From Cyclobacteriaceae bacterium (GTDB lineage Bacteria; Bacteroidota; Bacteroidia; Cytophagales; Cyclobacteriaceae), in the NCBI GenBank assembly GCA_031384895.1, contig JANNAZ010000248.1:1-63794 (forward strand): a DNA stretch of 63,794 bases, given 5' to 3'. The notes beneath the pieces were generated by a model that was not told the DNA's origin, did not search any database, and was given only the letters and a program-made list of their open reading frames with translations. Below, one piece after another: positions 30,190 through 40,991 of the stretch (the stretch's first letter is position 1; the number at the start of each line of letters is the position of its first letter). The position numbers and the translations under genes were made by a program.

Positions 30190-31577
30190 AGGCGCCTATA
30201 GACTGAACCTTCTTTTTTATATTGCCTTTTCACACGAGGAAGTCTTTCCAGAATTGGCTCCATGAGATTCAACTCATCCACAATAACCTCTGGGGGGTCC
30301 TCAACGAACGCGTCATTCATCTTGATTATGTTCTCGTAGGTCCCCGGGTCTTCAAAATAGCCATGTGACAACTCCCAATCGAGGAAAAATCCCCCCAGGC
30401 TATTTTCCATATACAGACCCTCGTCCCTGCCAACAATCATAACCCTCTTGCCCCTGACCTGGTCTGAATAACGTGAGGGGATCGGAAATAATCTGGAATA
30501 ATCTACCTCGTCGATCCATCCCTGCCGGGCGGCGAAGTTGGTCAGAAGCATACCGCCAATAAATATCCAAATCATGAACTCTGCAATTAATTTTCTGCGA
30601 ATCAATAGCAAGTAATGGCTGATTAGGTATGCCAAGGGTGGCAAAAAGGTAATGAAACTGTGTGGTGCAATAGCTGGCTCAAGGAACAGCTCTATCACGG
30701 CTAGCACTAGCCACAGGAACAATACTTGAAAAATCTGAGATTGATACTTTGTAAACCGGGCATCCCGTGTCAACATGAAAAGCGAAATGACAAAGTAGCC
30801 GATGGGTACAGCTCCAAGGACAAGCAGCGCACGTACACTCAATAACATGATCCGTGTTTGCTGAATATTGGCAACATAGAAATTCGTCCACAAATCACTG
30901 GTATGACCATGGTAATAGTAGAGCGTAAAGACGATTCCGTGTACCAAGCCATAGCCAAACAACAGGAGGAGGATTTTACGAATGGTCGTTCGTGCAAAGA
31001 CAATCAGTATGAAAATTGTTCCAGCAAGAAAAATGGTGTAGGAAAGTACAATCAGTGAAGCCAGGCCGAGAAAAATACCCAGATTCAATACAATGGAATC
31101 CCTATCAACCCGAAACTCTATCTCTTTGAAAATATTGTTTAATGCAAGGAGTAGAAGCGTGGAGGCTAGCAAGGCCGGAGTGAGCGCGAGCAAGTCGAAA
31201 GAAAAGAAACAAAGAAATCCAAAAATCAAGGAAGGAACATACGTGTTCTCATTATAGGCTTTATTATTAATCAGTAGGATTCCAAAATACGCCGATTGAA
31301 AAAAAAGAAGCACCAGGGCAAGTAAGTGCCGGGCAAGGATTGATCGGCCAACTAAAAAATTTAGAAACCCGTCAATGACCGCCATGACTGGTGGCGTTCG
31401 GTCAATGATGTCAACATACAGCGTCCTATTTCCAACCCGTTCTCCGAGCACCAGATCTTTCAATTCACCGGTAGTAACAGAAGGCAAATCAATTATCAAC
31501 TGGAGGCTCGCAATGACCATCAGGAGCAACAGCGGGATAAGGCGATACGGGTCGTTGATTCGGAAATAGCGGAGCAC
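30186..31577 (-). CDS. polytopic membrane protein (DUF6427-like)
   Basis: About 10-11 hydrophobic helices plus a soluble C-terminus; LYVDIIDRTPP loop is reminiscent of GT-C-fold proteins. Confidence 0.7.
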   Translation of the reverse strand: MLRYFRINDPYRLIPLLLLMVIASLQLIIDLPSVTTGELKDLVLGERVGNRTLYVDIIDRTPPVMAVIDGFLNFLVGRSILARHLLALVLLFFQSAYFGILLINNKAYNENTYVPSLIFGFLCFFSFDLLALTPALLASTLLLLALNNIFKEIEFRVDRDSIVLNLGIFLGLASLIVLSYTIFLAGTIFILIVFARTTIRKILLLLFGYGLVHGIVFTLYYYHGHTSDLWTNFYVANIQQTRIMLLSVRALLVLGAVPIGYFVISLFMLTRDARFTKYQSQIFQVLFLWLVLAVIELFLEPAIAPHSFITFLPPLAYLISHYLLLIRRKLIAEFMIWIFIGGMLLTNFAARQGWIDEVDYSRLFPIPSRYSDQVRGKRVMIVGRDEGLYMENSLGGFFLDWELSHGYFEDPGTYENIIKMNDAFVEDPPEVIVDELNLMEPILERLPRVKRQYKKEGSVYRRL

Positions 31578-31668
31578 AAAAAATCAGATTATCATGCAAA
31601 TAACCAAAAAAATGCGAAGCGCAGACACACGCCGGTCAAATGAACTCCGTCTTTCCTATCTTTACTCC

Positions 31669-32043
31669 ATGAGTGGCTCCGTTCGACAGCAAAAATTCAG
31701 CAGACTGATTCAGAAAGAGTTAAGCGACATCTTTCAACGCGACCGGCGCGGCGTACTTGGCAACACCTTTATTACCATCGTTGATGTCCGTGTAAGTCCA
31801 GACCTCAGCGTTGCCCGGGTGTATATCAGCATGATGCTTGCCAAGGACAAGAAAGCAGTTCTGGAGAAGCTGGATGCACGTAAGAAAGAAATCCGCAAGG
31901 CGCTTGGCGACCAAATCCGGAACCAGGCTCGGATTGTCCCCGAGCTCGCCTTTTTCATTGATGAGGTCGAAGAAAATGCGTCCCGAATGGATAATCTTCT
32001 CAAGGGCCTTCACATACCCCCGGCTGAACCAACCACCGAATAG
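31669..32043 (+). CDS. rbfA: 30S ribosome-binding factor A
   Basis: RQQKFSRLIQKELS, VRVSPDLSVARVYIS and RIVPELAFFID motifs. Start set to ATG 31669. Confidence 0.96.
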   Translation: MSGSVRQQKFSRLIQKELSDIFQRDRRGVLGNTFITIVDVRVSPDLSVARVYISMMLAKDKKAVLEKLDARKKEIRKALGDQIRNQARIVPELAFFIDEVEENASRMDNLLKGLHIPPAEPTTE

Positions 32044-32058
32044 GTTTTCCCGCTAGCC

Positions 32059-33276
32059 ATGAATGTGTCCTTCTTCATTGCGCGCCGCTACTTTCTGTCC
32101 CGTCGCAAGAAGAATTTCATAAATGTCATCTCTATTCTTTCGATGCTTGGTGTTGCATTTGCAACTGCTGCACTCATCATTGTCCTATCCGTATTTAATG
32201 GACTGGAAGTTTTGCTTCGATCGCTATACACCTCCTTCGATCCTGAATTGAAGATTGAAGCGATTCACGGAAAATCTTTCGCAGCAGATGAACAGTTCCT
32301 TGATTCCATCAGGTCCGTTCCCGGCGTCAAAACGGTTACCGAAGTAATTGAAGACTATGCCTATGTACGCTATCGAGAAGCTGCCATGGTGGTAACTATC
32401 AAGGGGGTTAGCGAAAATTTTCTCGAACAACACCGCCTCGATGATCATATTGTTGAAGGGGAGCTCAAGCTGACAAAGGACAGCATTCCGTTTGCCATTC
32501 TCGGAAGAGGCGTCCGCTATACGCTATCAGCCGAGGTTGACGATGATATGCGGGCATTGCGCGTGTTCTACATCAAGAACACGAAGTCCGGATCCTTGAA
32601 CCCGGCCTCCCTATATTCTCAAAAAAGCATTCGCCCCGGATCTATATTTTCCATTGAAAAGAACTACGATGAAAATTATATTTTTGTTCCCTTGAACTTT
32701 GCCCGTGAGCTGCTGGACTATGGCAATAAAAGAACATCGGTAGAAGTTCAGACCAACGGAAACACGCTTGATGTGCAGCGTGAATTACAACAACGACTCG
32801 GCACTGGGTTCTCGATTCTTTCAAACGAAGAACAGCACAAGGACTTGTATCGACTTCTAAAGATTGAAAAATTATTTACGTTTCTTTCCCTTTCCATACT
32901 TCTTCTAGTAGCATCAATCAACATCTTTTTCTCGCTTATGATGCTGGCAATCGACAAGAAGAAAGACATCAGCATTTTGGCTTCCATGGGCGCAACCGGT
33001 TCGCTCATCCGCAACATTTTCATGGTTGAGGGAGCCCTCATCTCTTTTCTCGGTGCGGGCGCCGGATTGCTGCTGGGTGGGATTCTCTGCGTTCTCCAGG
33101 ACCGTGTTGGACTGGTTGGCATGGGTATGGAAAATGCTATCGTTGCCAATTATCCAGTGGAGATCCGGGCAGCAGACTTCCTCATTACAAGCCTGGTCAT
33201 CATTGGCGTCTCCCTCCTCGTCTCCTTCAGGCCAGCCGTTCTGGCATCCCGGTCATATTCCATTGTCCACCTATGA
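32059..33276 (+). CDS. LolC/E-type (FtsX-like) ABC transporter permease
   Basis: FFIARRYFLS, IIVLSVFNG and DKKKDISILASMGA motifs; four-TM topology. Confidence 0.9.
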   Translation: MNVSFFIARRYFLSRRKKNFINVISILSMLGVAFATAALIIVLSVFNGLEVLLRSLYTSFDPELKIEAIHGKSFAADEQFLDSIRSVPGVKTVTEVIEDYAYVRYREAAMVVTIKGVSENFLEQHRLDDHIVEGELKLTKDSIPFAILGRGVRYTLSAEVDDDMRALRVFYIKNTKSGSLNPASLYSQKSIRPGSIFSIEKNYDENYIFVPLNFARELLDYGNKRTSVEVQTNGNTLDVQRELQQRLGTGFSILSNEEQHKDLYRLLKIEKLFTFLSLSILLLVASINIFFSLMMLAIDKKKDISILASMGATGSLIRNIFMVEGALISFLGAGAGLLLGGILCVLQDRVGLVGMGMENAIVANYPVEIRAADFLITSLVIIGVSLLVSFRPAVLASRSYSIVHL

Positions 33277-33419
33277 TGCGAGATTTGGCCCAAAAAGGCT
33301 AAAATCTTAACGCTGAATTCGTTAGATTTCCGTTCTGCTTTTTCCGAAAAAGTGTCCAATTCACTTTTGGCGCATCTTTCAAGGAACTGGCAGGTTTGGA
33401 AGCCCAAAATTGAGTCCCT

Positions 33420-36368
33420 ATGAAGGTTTCGGCATCACAGCCGTTTCAACTAATTTACTCGCTGTACCAACACGAGTACCTAGGCTATATTTTTGAGTCA
33501 TTCATCGTGCGTGTTGACGAAAAAGGAAAGCTTACCTACCAGCACCAAAACATTTCCTCCAAAAATGCCCGCGAGTTTGCCAAAGGACTTGATGACCGGG
33601 ACTTTGAGCTGATAGAACTCATGGACAGCATGAATCAGGATGCGGTGTTGCGCCACTTCTCTAAAAAAATAATGAAACCGGACGAATTTTTCATTCGCGT
33701 TTTCAAAAAGGAAAAGGGTGAGGAGCGTCTACTTCAGGAGCAGATCGAGGTGTATATGGAGAAACGGCGGGCTGCCGTTCTTGAAAAACTCAAAGGCAAA
33801 CGACTGTACGAAATGGGTAATGACGGCGAGCCCACATGGAGAAAGCTCGAGGTTGCAGAACAGCGTGCCAGCATTCAACTCTTTTTTCGTCGAACAGAAG
33901 AAAGTACAACATACTATCCGATCATCATTCATGAAGACAAACCGTTGGACCTGCTTGCCACGCCTGCCTACATGGTTTGCAGGAATCCAGCGTGGATGGT
34001 TGCCAACGGAAAGCTTTATGGCTTTGATAAACCAGTTGATGGAAAGAAACTTCAGCCTTTCCTAACCAAGAAAAGTATTGTTATCCCAAAGAACCTCGAG
34101 GATAATTATTACAAAAATTTTGTACACACGCTGGTTGCCTCATTCGAAGACATAGACGTGCAGGGCTTCCAGATTATTAAAAACGCATATGAGCCCCATC
34201 CGGTTTTGACGATCTCGGAACTTCCGACTGGAACGAGCAAAGAGGTTCCAAATCTTTTCGGCTCACCCGCAGAATACAATGCCAATGATGAGGCGGGCAA
34301 GATTGTATTCGACCTCTCGTTTAAATACGGTAAACATCGATTTAGAGGCGGCGACTCTGAACAGGTGAGCGTTACTATGGAAAAGAAGGAAAACGACTAC
34401 ATCTTTCATCGTATCAAGCGAATTACCGAATCGGAAAAGAAATATGCCAACACACTAATTAAGCTCGGCCTACCACTTGGGGGGAACTTCCGTACAGCCG
34501 TTGAAAAGGCTCACGCGTTTTCATGGATCAATGAGAACCGAGTCAACTTATTAAATTTTGGTTTCGAGGTAAGCCAACCCGACAACCGGGACAAAAAGTA
34601 TTTTGTCGGAAAGGCCATTATTGAACTTGAGGTTAAAGAAAGCATCGATTGGTTTGATATTCATGCGCGCATTCGCTTTGGGGAGTATGAAATCAGTTTC
34701 AAGGATCTGCGCAAACTTATTCTGAAAAAGAAAGTAGAATTCAAACTTCCCAATGGCGAAATCGCGATCATACCAGATGCCTGGCTTGTGAAGTACGGCG
34801 ATCTCTTCGCATTGAGCGAAACCCACGGCAAGAATGAAAAGCCTGTCCTTCGTAAGTACCATGTTAATCTCGTAAGGGACTTGCAGGATGGCAACCTTGC
34901 CAAAGTTCATATCAGCGATCGCTTGAGAAATCTGGAAAATTTCACTGGAATCAAGGACTATCAACTACCTCAGGGCTTTCAAGGTCAACTTCGCCCCTAC
35001 CAGAAAGCCGGCTATAATTGGCTGCGTTTCCTGAACGAATTCAATCTGGGTGGCTGCCTTGCTGACGACATGGGTTTGGGAAAGACCGTGCAGACGCTTG
35101 CCCTGCTGGAGTCAGAAAAAGAGAAAGGTAATTGTGGCACGACGTTGCTGATCATGCCCACATCCCTGATTTACAACTGGGAAATGGAGGCTGCAAAATT
35201 TACAGCTAACCTGAAGATTCATACCTACACCGGAACGAACCGCAACAAGAATATCAAACAATTCGACCAATACGATGTCATCCTCACTTCGTATGGGATT
35301 ACCCGGCTCGATATTGAAATACTTCAGCAATTTACTTTCAACTACGTAATCCTTGACGAATCCCAGGTCATCAAGAATCCCACCTCAAATATTGCCAAAG
35401 CGGTGCTTCAATTGAAATCACGGCATAAGCTTACCCTCACCGGTACGCCGCTTGAAAATACCACCATGGACTTGTGGTCGCAAATGACTTTCATCAATCC
35501 CGGGCTGTTGGGTGGTCAAACGTATTTTAAAAATGAATATCAAGTACCTATTGAAAAACAAAAGGACGAAGCAAAAACAAAAAAGTTAAACGCGATCATC
35601 AAACCGTTCATCTTGCGAAGATTGAAATCACAGGTGGCAACAGACCTTCCAGAAAAGGTCGAGAATATTTATTACACCAATCTTTCGCCTGCTCAGGAGG
35701 AAAAGTACGAGGAAGCGAAATCCTACTATCGCGGCAAAATTCTGGACCACATTGAAAAAGAGGGAATAAACAATTCCCGAATGACCATCTTGGAAGGCCT
35801 CACCCGCTTGAGGCAGTTGTCTAATCATCCCCGCATGGTGGATGCGCAATACAAGGGCGACTCTGGGAAACTGGAAGATCTTTCTCATATGATTGAGAAT
35901 GCGCTGCTCGAAGGACACAAGCTTCTTATCTTTAGTCAGTTCGTAAAGCACTTGGATATTGTTCGTGAATTGTTGGCATCAAAGAAAATTGATTATGCCT
36001 ACCTCGACGGTTCCAGCATGGATCGTAAAGACCAGGTTGAGCGGTTTAACAAGGACCCTAATCTAAAGATCTTCCTCATTTCCATTAAGGCAGGCGGACT
36101 CGGCCTTAACCTGACACAGGCGGATTACGTTTTCATCCTGGATCCCTGGTGGAATCCAGCTGTGGAGCAACAAGCGATTGACCGTGCGCACCGGATCGGG
36201 CAAAAGAAAAAGGTCTTTACATATAAGTTCATTACACGAAATACCGTGGAAGAAAAAATTCTTCACCTCCAAAAACACAAACTCAAGCTTTCCGAAAACC
36301 TGATCTCGACCGAAGAAAGCATTGTAAAAATGCTTACCCGCCAGGATATTGAAATGATGCTGAATTAG
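33420..36368 (+). CDS. SNF2-family DEAD/DEAH helicase
   Basis: LRPYQ, LADDMGLGKT, DESQ, LTGTPLEN, GGLGLNLT and DPWWNPAVEQQAIDRAHRIGQ motifs. Confidence 0.96.
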   Translation: MKVSASQPFQLIYSLYQHEYLGYIFESFIVRVDEKGKLTYQHQNISSKNAREFAKGLDDRDFELIELMDSMNQDAVLRHFSKKIMKPDEFFIRVFKKEKGEERLLQEQIEVYMEKRRAAVLEKLKGKRLYEMGNDGEPTWRKLEVAEQRASIQLFFRRTEESTTYYPIIIHEDKPLDLLATPAYMVCRNPAWMVANGKLYGFDKPVDGKKLQPFLTKKSIVIPKNLEDNYYKNFVHTLVASFEDIDVQGFQIIKNAYEPHPVLTISELPTGTSKEVPNLFGSPAEYNANDEAGKIVFDLSFKYGKHRFRGGDSEQVSVTMEKKENDYIFHRIKRITESEKKYANTLIKLGLPLGGNFRTAVEKAHAFSWINENRVNLLNFGFEVSQPDNRDKKYFVGKAIIELEVKESIDWFDIHARIRFGEYEISFKDLRKLILKKKVEFKLPNGEIAIIPDAWLVKYGDLFALSETHGKNEKPVLRKYHVNLVRDLQDGNLAKVHISDRLRNLENFTGIKDYQLPQGFQGQLRPYQKAGYNWLRFLNEFNLGGCLADDMGLGKTVQTLALLESEKEKGNCGTTLLIMPTSLIYNWEMEAAKFTANLKIHTYTGTNRNKNIKQFDQYDVILTSYGITRLDIEILQQFTFNYVILDESQVIKNPTSNIAKAVLQLKSRHKLTLTGTPLENTTMDLWSQMTFINPGLLGGQTYFKNEYQVPIEKQKDEAKTKKLNAIIKPFILRRLKSQVATDLPEKVENIYYTNLSPAQEEKYEEAKSYYRGKILDHIEKEGINNSRMTILEGLTRLRQLSNHPRMVDAQYKGDSGKLEDLSHMIENALLEGHKLLIFSQFVKHLDIVRELLASKKIDYAYLDGSSMDRKDQVERFNKDPNLKIFLISIKAGGLGLNLTQADYVFILDPWWNPAVEQQAIDRAHRIGQKKKVFTYKFITRNTVEEKILHLQKHKLKLSENLISTEESIVKMLTRQDIEMMLN

Positions 36369-36460
36369 GGCGTTCTACGTATTCAGCTCCTATTAGCCGT
36401 TTACCCCCTTTCCCCTTTTGCGCACATGTTTAATTACTTTTACTGAACAGTCTGCAAATC

Positions 36461-37252
36461 ATGAAAGATAAAGTCGTCATTATCACCGGTGGCTCTTCCG
36501 GCATCGGCAAGGCGCTCGCTGAGGTGTTTGGTCAGCACGGATCAAAGATTCTCATCACGGGACGCAATGCCGCTGATCTGCAAGAGGCCGTTAACGATCT
36601 CAAGGAAAAAGGAATTGACGCACACGGCTTCCCTAGCGACGTAAGCAAGGAAGAAGATAACCGGAACATGGCTGCGGAGGCCATGCGACTATTCGGCCGA
36701 ATCGATATTCTAATTAACAACGCAGGTATTACCCAGCGCGCCCTGTTTGAAGAGCTGGAGATGGACGTCATCAGGCGGGTGATGGACATCAACTTTTACG
36801 GTGCGCTCTACGCAACTAAATATTGTCTTGCTGAAATTCAGAAAAACAAAGGTTCCGTCATCGGTATTTCTTCGGCTGCGGGCTATCGGGGGTTACCAGG
36901 TCGTGCCGGATATTCAGCATCCAAATTTGCATTGAACGGATTCCTGGAAGTCCTCCGAACTGAATTGTTGAAGAAAGGCGTTCATGTTATGACGGCCTGT
37001 CCGGGATTTACATCAACCAATATTCGCAAAAGGTCGCTCACAAAAGATGGGTCGCCGCAGAATGAAAAGAAAATGATGTCTTCGGAAGAGTGTGCCAACC
37101 ATATCTATAAGGCCACAGTTAATCGAAAGAAGATTCTCATTCTCACGGCTCAGGGCAAGTTTTTCGTATTTCTCAATAAATGGCTACCCGGTTTAACCGA
37201 TCAGCTGGTTTATAACGCCTCTGTTAAGGAGGAAAATAGTCCATTTAAGTGA
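36461..37252 (+). CDS. SDR family oxidoreductase
   Basis: TGGSSGIG, NNAG and YSASK motifs. Confidence 0.95.
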   Translation: MKDKVVIITGGSSGIGKALAEVFGQHGSKILITGRNAADLQEAVNDLKEKGIDAHGFPSDVSKEEDNRNMAAEAMRLFGRIDILINNAGITQRALFEELEMDVIRRVMDINFYGALYATKYCLAEIQKNKGSVIGISSAAGYRGLPGRAGYSASKFALNGFLEVLRTELLKKGVHVMTACPGFTSTNIRKRSLTKDGSPQNEKKMMSSEECANHIYKATVNRKKILILTAQGKFFVFLNKWLPGLTDQLVYNASVKEENSPFK

Positions 37253-38619
37253 AGTCAAAAACAAGATTCTTCTGTCAAAGCTGCGGCCACGAAGCCGCAA
37301 AATGGCTCGGCAAATGCCCATCATGCGGCACATGGAATTCATTTGTTGAAGAAATCGTCACCAAGGGCGAAGAAAAGAATGAGTGGCGACAAGAGAGCCC
37401 TCGAAGTAAATCCATTCAGCCAAAAATCCTCGCGGAAATCGAATCGGGAAAGGAAGTACGGATACCCACACGCGATCAGGAATTAGACCGCGTGCTGGGC
37501 GGGGGAATCGTTCCGGGCTCCGTGGTGCTTATCGGCGGTGAACCAGGAATAGGGAAGTCAACGCTGATGCTCCAGGTCGGATTGGCTCTTCGAAACCTCA
37601 AGACACTTTATGTATCTGGGGAGGAAAGCGACCAGCAAATAAAAATGCGCGCCCAGCGTCTCGGAGCCAACGTTGACTCCAAGACTTTTTTTACCCTTAC
37701 TGAAACAAACACAAGAAGCATTTTCCTGGCGCTTGAATCGCTCATGCCGCAACTGCTCATCATCGACTCCATCCAAACGCTCTACTCCCCGGTGATGGAC
37801 AGCACACCGGGAAGCGTTGGTCAGGTGCGCCAATGCGCCGGTGAATTGATGAAATTTGCGAAGGAAACCAACACGCCTGTTTTTCTCGTGGGCCACATCA
37901 CCAAAGACGGATCGCTGGCTGGCCCCAAAGTCCTTGAACATATGGTGGACACTGTCCTTCAGTTTGAGGGCGATCAACACCTTGCCTACCGAATTTTGAG
38001 AACAACAAAAAATCGTTTCGGCTCAACGGCAGAAATCGGAATTTATGAAATGTTGGGTACGGGGCTTCGAGAAGTGAACAATCCATCTGAAATTCTCATC
38101 TCGCAAAAAGATGAGGCCACAACAGGCGCTATTATCGGTGCAACACTGGAAGGAAACCGACCTTTGTTAATTGAAGTGCAGTCGCTGGTAAGCCCGGCAT
38201 CGTACGGCACGCCACAACGAACGCCGACCGGATTTGACCAGAAGCGCCTGAACATGCTGCTTGCGGTTCTGGAAAAGCGTTGCGGCTTCCGCATGGGCAC
38301 CCAAGATGTCTTTCTCAACATGGCTGGCGGTATCCGTGTAGAAGATCCGGCCATTGATTTAGCTATTTGTATTTCCATCATTTCTTCGATGGACGAAATT
38401 GCCGTCTCTGACAAGAGATGCTTTGCCGCAGAAATTGGGTTGGGAGGAGAACTTCGCGCCGTCAACCGTATTGAGCAGCGGATATCCGAAGCGGAGAAAC
38501 TGGGTTTTGAAGAAATCTATATTTCTAAGTTTAACAAGAAAGCCGCTGACCCAAAGCAAAAAATAAAAGTCAAAGCATTCGGGAAACTTACCGAAGTGCT
38601 TCAGGATCTATTTGGCTGA
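37249..38619 (+). CDS. radA: DNA repair protein RadA/Sms
   Basis: CQSCG..KWLGKCPSC zinc finger, GGEPGIGKST, KNRFG, and a Lon-like C-terminus. Confidence 0.98.
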   Translation: MKSKTRFFCQSCGHEAAKWLGKCPSCGTWNSFVEEIVTKGEEKNEWRQESPRSKSIQPKILAEIESGKEVRIPTRDQELDRVLGGGIVPGSVVLIGGEPGIGKSTLMLQVGLALRNLKTLYVSGEESDQQIKMRAQRLGANVDSKTFFTLTETNTRSIFLALESLMPQLLIIDSIQTLYSPVMDSTPGSVGQVRQCAGELMKFAKETNTPVFLVGHITKDGSLAGPKVLEHMVDTVLQFEGDQHLAYRILRTTKNRFGSTAEIGIYEMLGTGLREVNNPSEILISQKDEATTGAIIGATLEGNRPLLIEVQSLVSPASYGTPQRTPTGFDQKRLNMLLAVLEKRCGFRMGTQDVFLNMAGGIRVEDPAIDLAICISIISSMDEIAVSDKRCFAAEIGLGGELRAVNRIEQRISEAEKLGFEEIYISKFNKKAADPKQKIKVKAFGKLTEVLQDLFG

Positions 38620-39498
38620 GGTGGCACCTTGAAGGCCACCCGTGTGCAGCATCAGCACCACACCGTTTCTTATTTCATTCTGCCTGATGAGGTCATAGAC
38701 ACCAAAGAGCGCTTTAGCGGTGTACACCTGATCTAGCGGTATCCCATGACGATCCTTTTGTTCTTCGATAAATCTTCCAAGCGCCGGCGTTGTCTTCGCA
38801 TACCCGCCAAAATCATACTTCGTTTCTATTCTCCAATTCACGTCTGCTGAATTTTCCGACGCAATCCACTCGCGAACTTCCGCTTCCAAAAATCCGCCGT
38901 TCTTCAGTACAGAAAACCCGATGGCTGCTTGGTCTCGCCGCAAATTCTTGACTATTCCGGCCATCGTTCCCCCGGTTCCCACCGGGAGGCAGATATAATT
39001 GAAATCAATTTCACGAACGAGTTTTGCACCAAATTCGGAACAGCCTCTTACAGCCAACTCATTTGTGCCCCCTTCCGGAATGAGATAAAAGTCTCCAAAT
39101 CTTTCTTTCAGTTCTTGAACAAAAGAAAACTCAGACTTCATCCGGTAGTCTTCGCGTGAAACAAAATGCAAATGCATTCCCCTTGACCTCGCATAACTTA
39201 ACGTTGCATTCAACGGATGGGGCTCCTCACCACGAATAATCCCGATGCTCCTTAATCCAAGTATAGAGGCTGCGCCAGCGAGCGCATAAAGATGGTTTGA
39301 ATAAGCACCCCCAAAACTGAGCAGTGTATCACCTCCTTCTTCCACAGCTTGGGCCAGATTATGCTTGAGTTTCCACCATTTATTACCAGAGACTTCCACA
39401 TGATTCATATCCTCTCGTTTCACCAGCAAACGAATGCCGTTTTCAGCCAGCAACGGATCCTGAATTTCCTGAATGGGGGTCTCCGTATACGGAATCAT
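38608..39498 (-). CDS. ACC deaminase/D-cysteine desulfhydrase family PLP enzyme
   Basis: SGNKWWKL, FGGAYSNH, IPEGG, GTGGT, LDQVYTAK and LHTGG motifs. Confidence 0.92.
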   Translation of the reverse strand: MIPYTETPIQEIQDPLLAENGIRLLVKREDMNHVEVSGNKWWKLKHNLAQAVEEGGDTLLSFGGAYSNHLYALAGAASILGLRSIGIIRGEEPHPLNATLSYARSRGMHLHFVSREDYRMKSEFSFVQELKERFGDFYLIPEGGTNELAVRGCSEFGAKLVREIDFNYICLPVGTGGTMAGIVKNLRRDQAAIGFSVLKNGGFLEAEVREWIASENSADVNWRIETKYDFGGYAKTTPALGRFIEEQKDRHGIPLDQVYTAKALFGVYDLIRQNEIRNGVVLMLHTGGLQGATSAK

Positions 39499-39543
39499 GG
39501 CTTAATACTTAGTATTTACTATTTATTTTAGTATTCTTGTACT

Positions 39544-40599
39544 GTGAGCGATACGTTATACCTGAAAGGCAGGGGCGCCCAAATCAAGCCAGCCAACAAG
39601 TTCCTAAAAGCGGAATTCGTAACCGAGCATATTGAAGGAATTGACGAAGACTTTGTCGAAAACCCACCCACGCAGATCTTTCACGAGGCGCCAAGAAAAA
39701 TAGTTAACAAAGTGACTAGCCCGGATTTGGGCATGGCCTACTCGATGAATCCGTACCAAGGATGTGAGCATGGCTGCATTTACTGCTATGCTAGGAATAC
39801 CCATGAGTACTATGGTTTCAGTGCGGGGCTTGACTTCGAAAGTAAAATCGTAGTCAAAACAAATGCAGCAGTCATCCTAGAAAAACAACTGATGGAACCC
39901 TCCTGGAAAGTTTCACCCATCATGTTGTCCGGTAACACCGATTGCTATCAGCCGTTGGAACGCCGTCTGGGCTTGACCCGAGAGATGCTTAAAGTCCTCG
40001 CCAAGTATCGCCACCCAGTTGGCGTAATCACAAAAAACAGCCTGATAACCCGCGACCTTGATGTACTAAAAGAATTGGCAAGCGAAAAACTGGTTCATGT
40101 GATGATATCCATCACTACCCTCGATGAAAGACTGCGTCGCCTTATGGAACCACGAACAGCTAGTGCTCAAAAAAGACTGCAGGCAGTTGAGGTGCTTGCT
40201 AAGGAAAATATACCGGTTGGAATCATGAATGCGCCCATTATCCCCGGGCTCAACCATCATGAGATTCCTGAAATCCTCCGGCTCGCGGCAGCGCATGGCG
40301 CAATGACAGCGGGATTAACAGTGGTCCGCCTCAACGGCGCAGTTGCTGGGATATTCAAGAATTGGCTGGAGAAGAATTTTCCCGATCGAGCTGCCAAAGT
40401 CTGGAATCAGATTTCTTCTATGCACGGTGGAAGTGTAAGTGACTCACAGTTTGGTCGTCGAATGGTTGGTGATGGAAACATTGCTGATATTATCTACCAA
40501 CTCTACCGCCACTCAAAAAAGAAATACTTTGATGGAAGAAAGATGCCGGCGATGGATCTCACCCGATTTCGGAAAGGAGGAAACCTTAGTTTGTTCTGA
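39544..40599 (+). CDS. PA0069-family radical SAM protein (SPL-like)
   Basis: KGRGA, NPYQGCEHGCIYCYAR (CxxxCxxC) and SGNTDCYQP motifs. Confidence 0.93.
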   Translation: MSDTLYLKGRGAQIKPANKFLKAEFVTEHIEGIDEDFVENPPTQIFHEAPRKIVNKVTSPDLGMAYSMNPYQGCEHGCIYCYARNTHEYYGFSAGLDFESKIVVKTNAAVILEKQLMEPSWKVSPIMLSGNTDCYQPLERRLGLTREMLKVLAKYRHPVGVITKNSLITRDLDVLKELASEKLVHVMISITTLDERLRRLMEPRTASAQKRLQAVEVLAKENIPVGIMNAPIIPGLNHHEIPEILRLAAAHGAMTAGLTVVRLNGAVAGIFKNWLEKNFPDRAAKVWNQISSMHGGSVSDSQFGRRMVGDGNIADIIYQLYRHSKKKYFDGRKMPAMDLTRFRKGGNLSLF

Positions 40600-40609
40600 G
40601 CTTTTTAGA

Positions 40610-40617
40610 TACCTTTG
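40610..40617 (+). promoter_or_regulatory. -7 element TACCTTTG of the czc operon
   Basis: TAnnTTTG ends 5 nt before GTG 40623; a TTTG lies upstream at 40590-40593. Confidence 0.6.
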
Positions 40618-40622
40618 TTCTT

Positions 40623-40991
40623 GTGAGGCGAATCATTTCCATCGGACTCCTGGTTCTTCATCTCGGACTATACACCGAGATGGATCAGATTCTGCGTTTG
40701 CCTATTCTGGTTCAACACTTCCTCGAACATCGCTCTCAGGTATCGGACATGTCCTTCTTGCAGTTCTTGGCAATGCATTACAAGACAGATGTTGCACATG
40801 ACTCAACCGACATGGAGTTACCATTCAAGGATTCCACTAAGTCAATGGCAACTCCTTCTTTTGCGTTGCCCGAACAAAAAATTCCTATGCCGATTGAGCC
40901 CCCGGCTCGCAGGCCTGACTTCTTTTCAACATACATTTCGTTCATCCCCGCCTCAGCGCTAGACGAAATTTTCCAGCCTCCACGAGGCTAA
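40623..40991 (+). CDS. exported His/Asp/Met-rich protein ending IFQPPRG; candidate leader/arrest peptide
   Basis: N-terminal hydrophobic segment, HFLEH and MHYKTDVAHDSTDMELPFK, Pro-rich linker; first gene of the metal-efflux operon. Confidence 0.75.
   Translation: MRRIISIGLLVLHLGLYTEMDQILRLPILVQHFLEHRSQVSDMSFLQFLAMHYKTDVAHDSTDMELPFKDSTKSMATPSFALPEQKIPMPIEPPARRPDFFSTYISFIPASALDEIFQPPRG

Noticed and set aside
33420-36368. SNF2 helicase as part of a phage-defence system
   Set aside because: No methylase, nuclease or other defence partner nearby; the neighbourhood is housekeeping.
37045-37080. Possible short in-frame deletion in the SDR (GSPQNEKKMM)
   Set aside because: Based only on recollection of longer homolog loops; cannot be supported without an alignment.
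39128-39143. CGTGAAACA half-match to parS
   Set aside because: Only one arm matches, it lies in coding sequence, and it is far from the parS pair.
38608-39498. True ACC deaminase (acdS), suggesting plant-hormone manipulation together with the GH3 gene
   Set aside because: It has Thr at both diagnostic positions (VYTAK, HTGG) where AcdS has Glu and Leu. GH3-like genes are common in Bacteroidota, and the two genes are unlinked.
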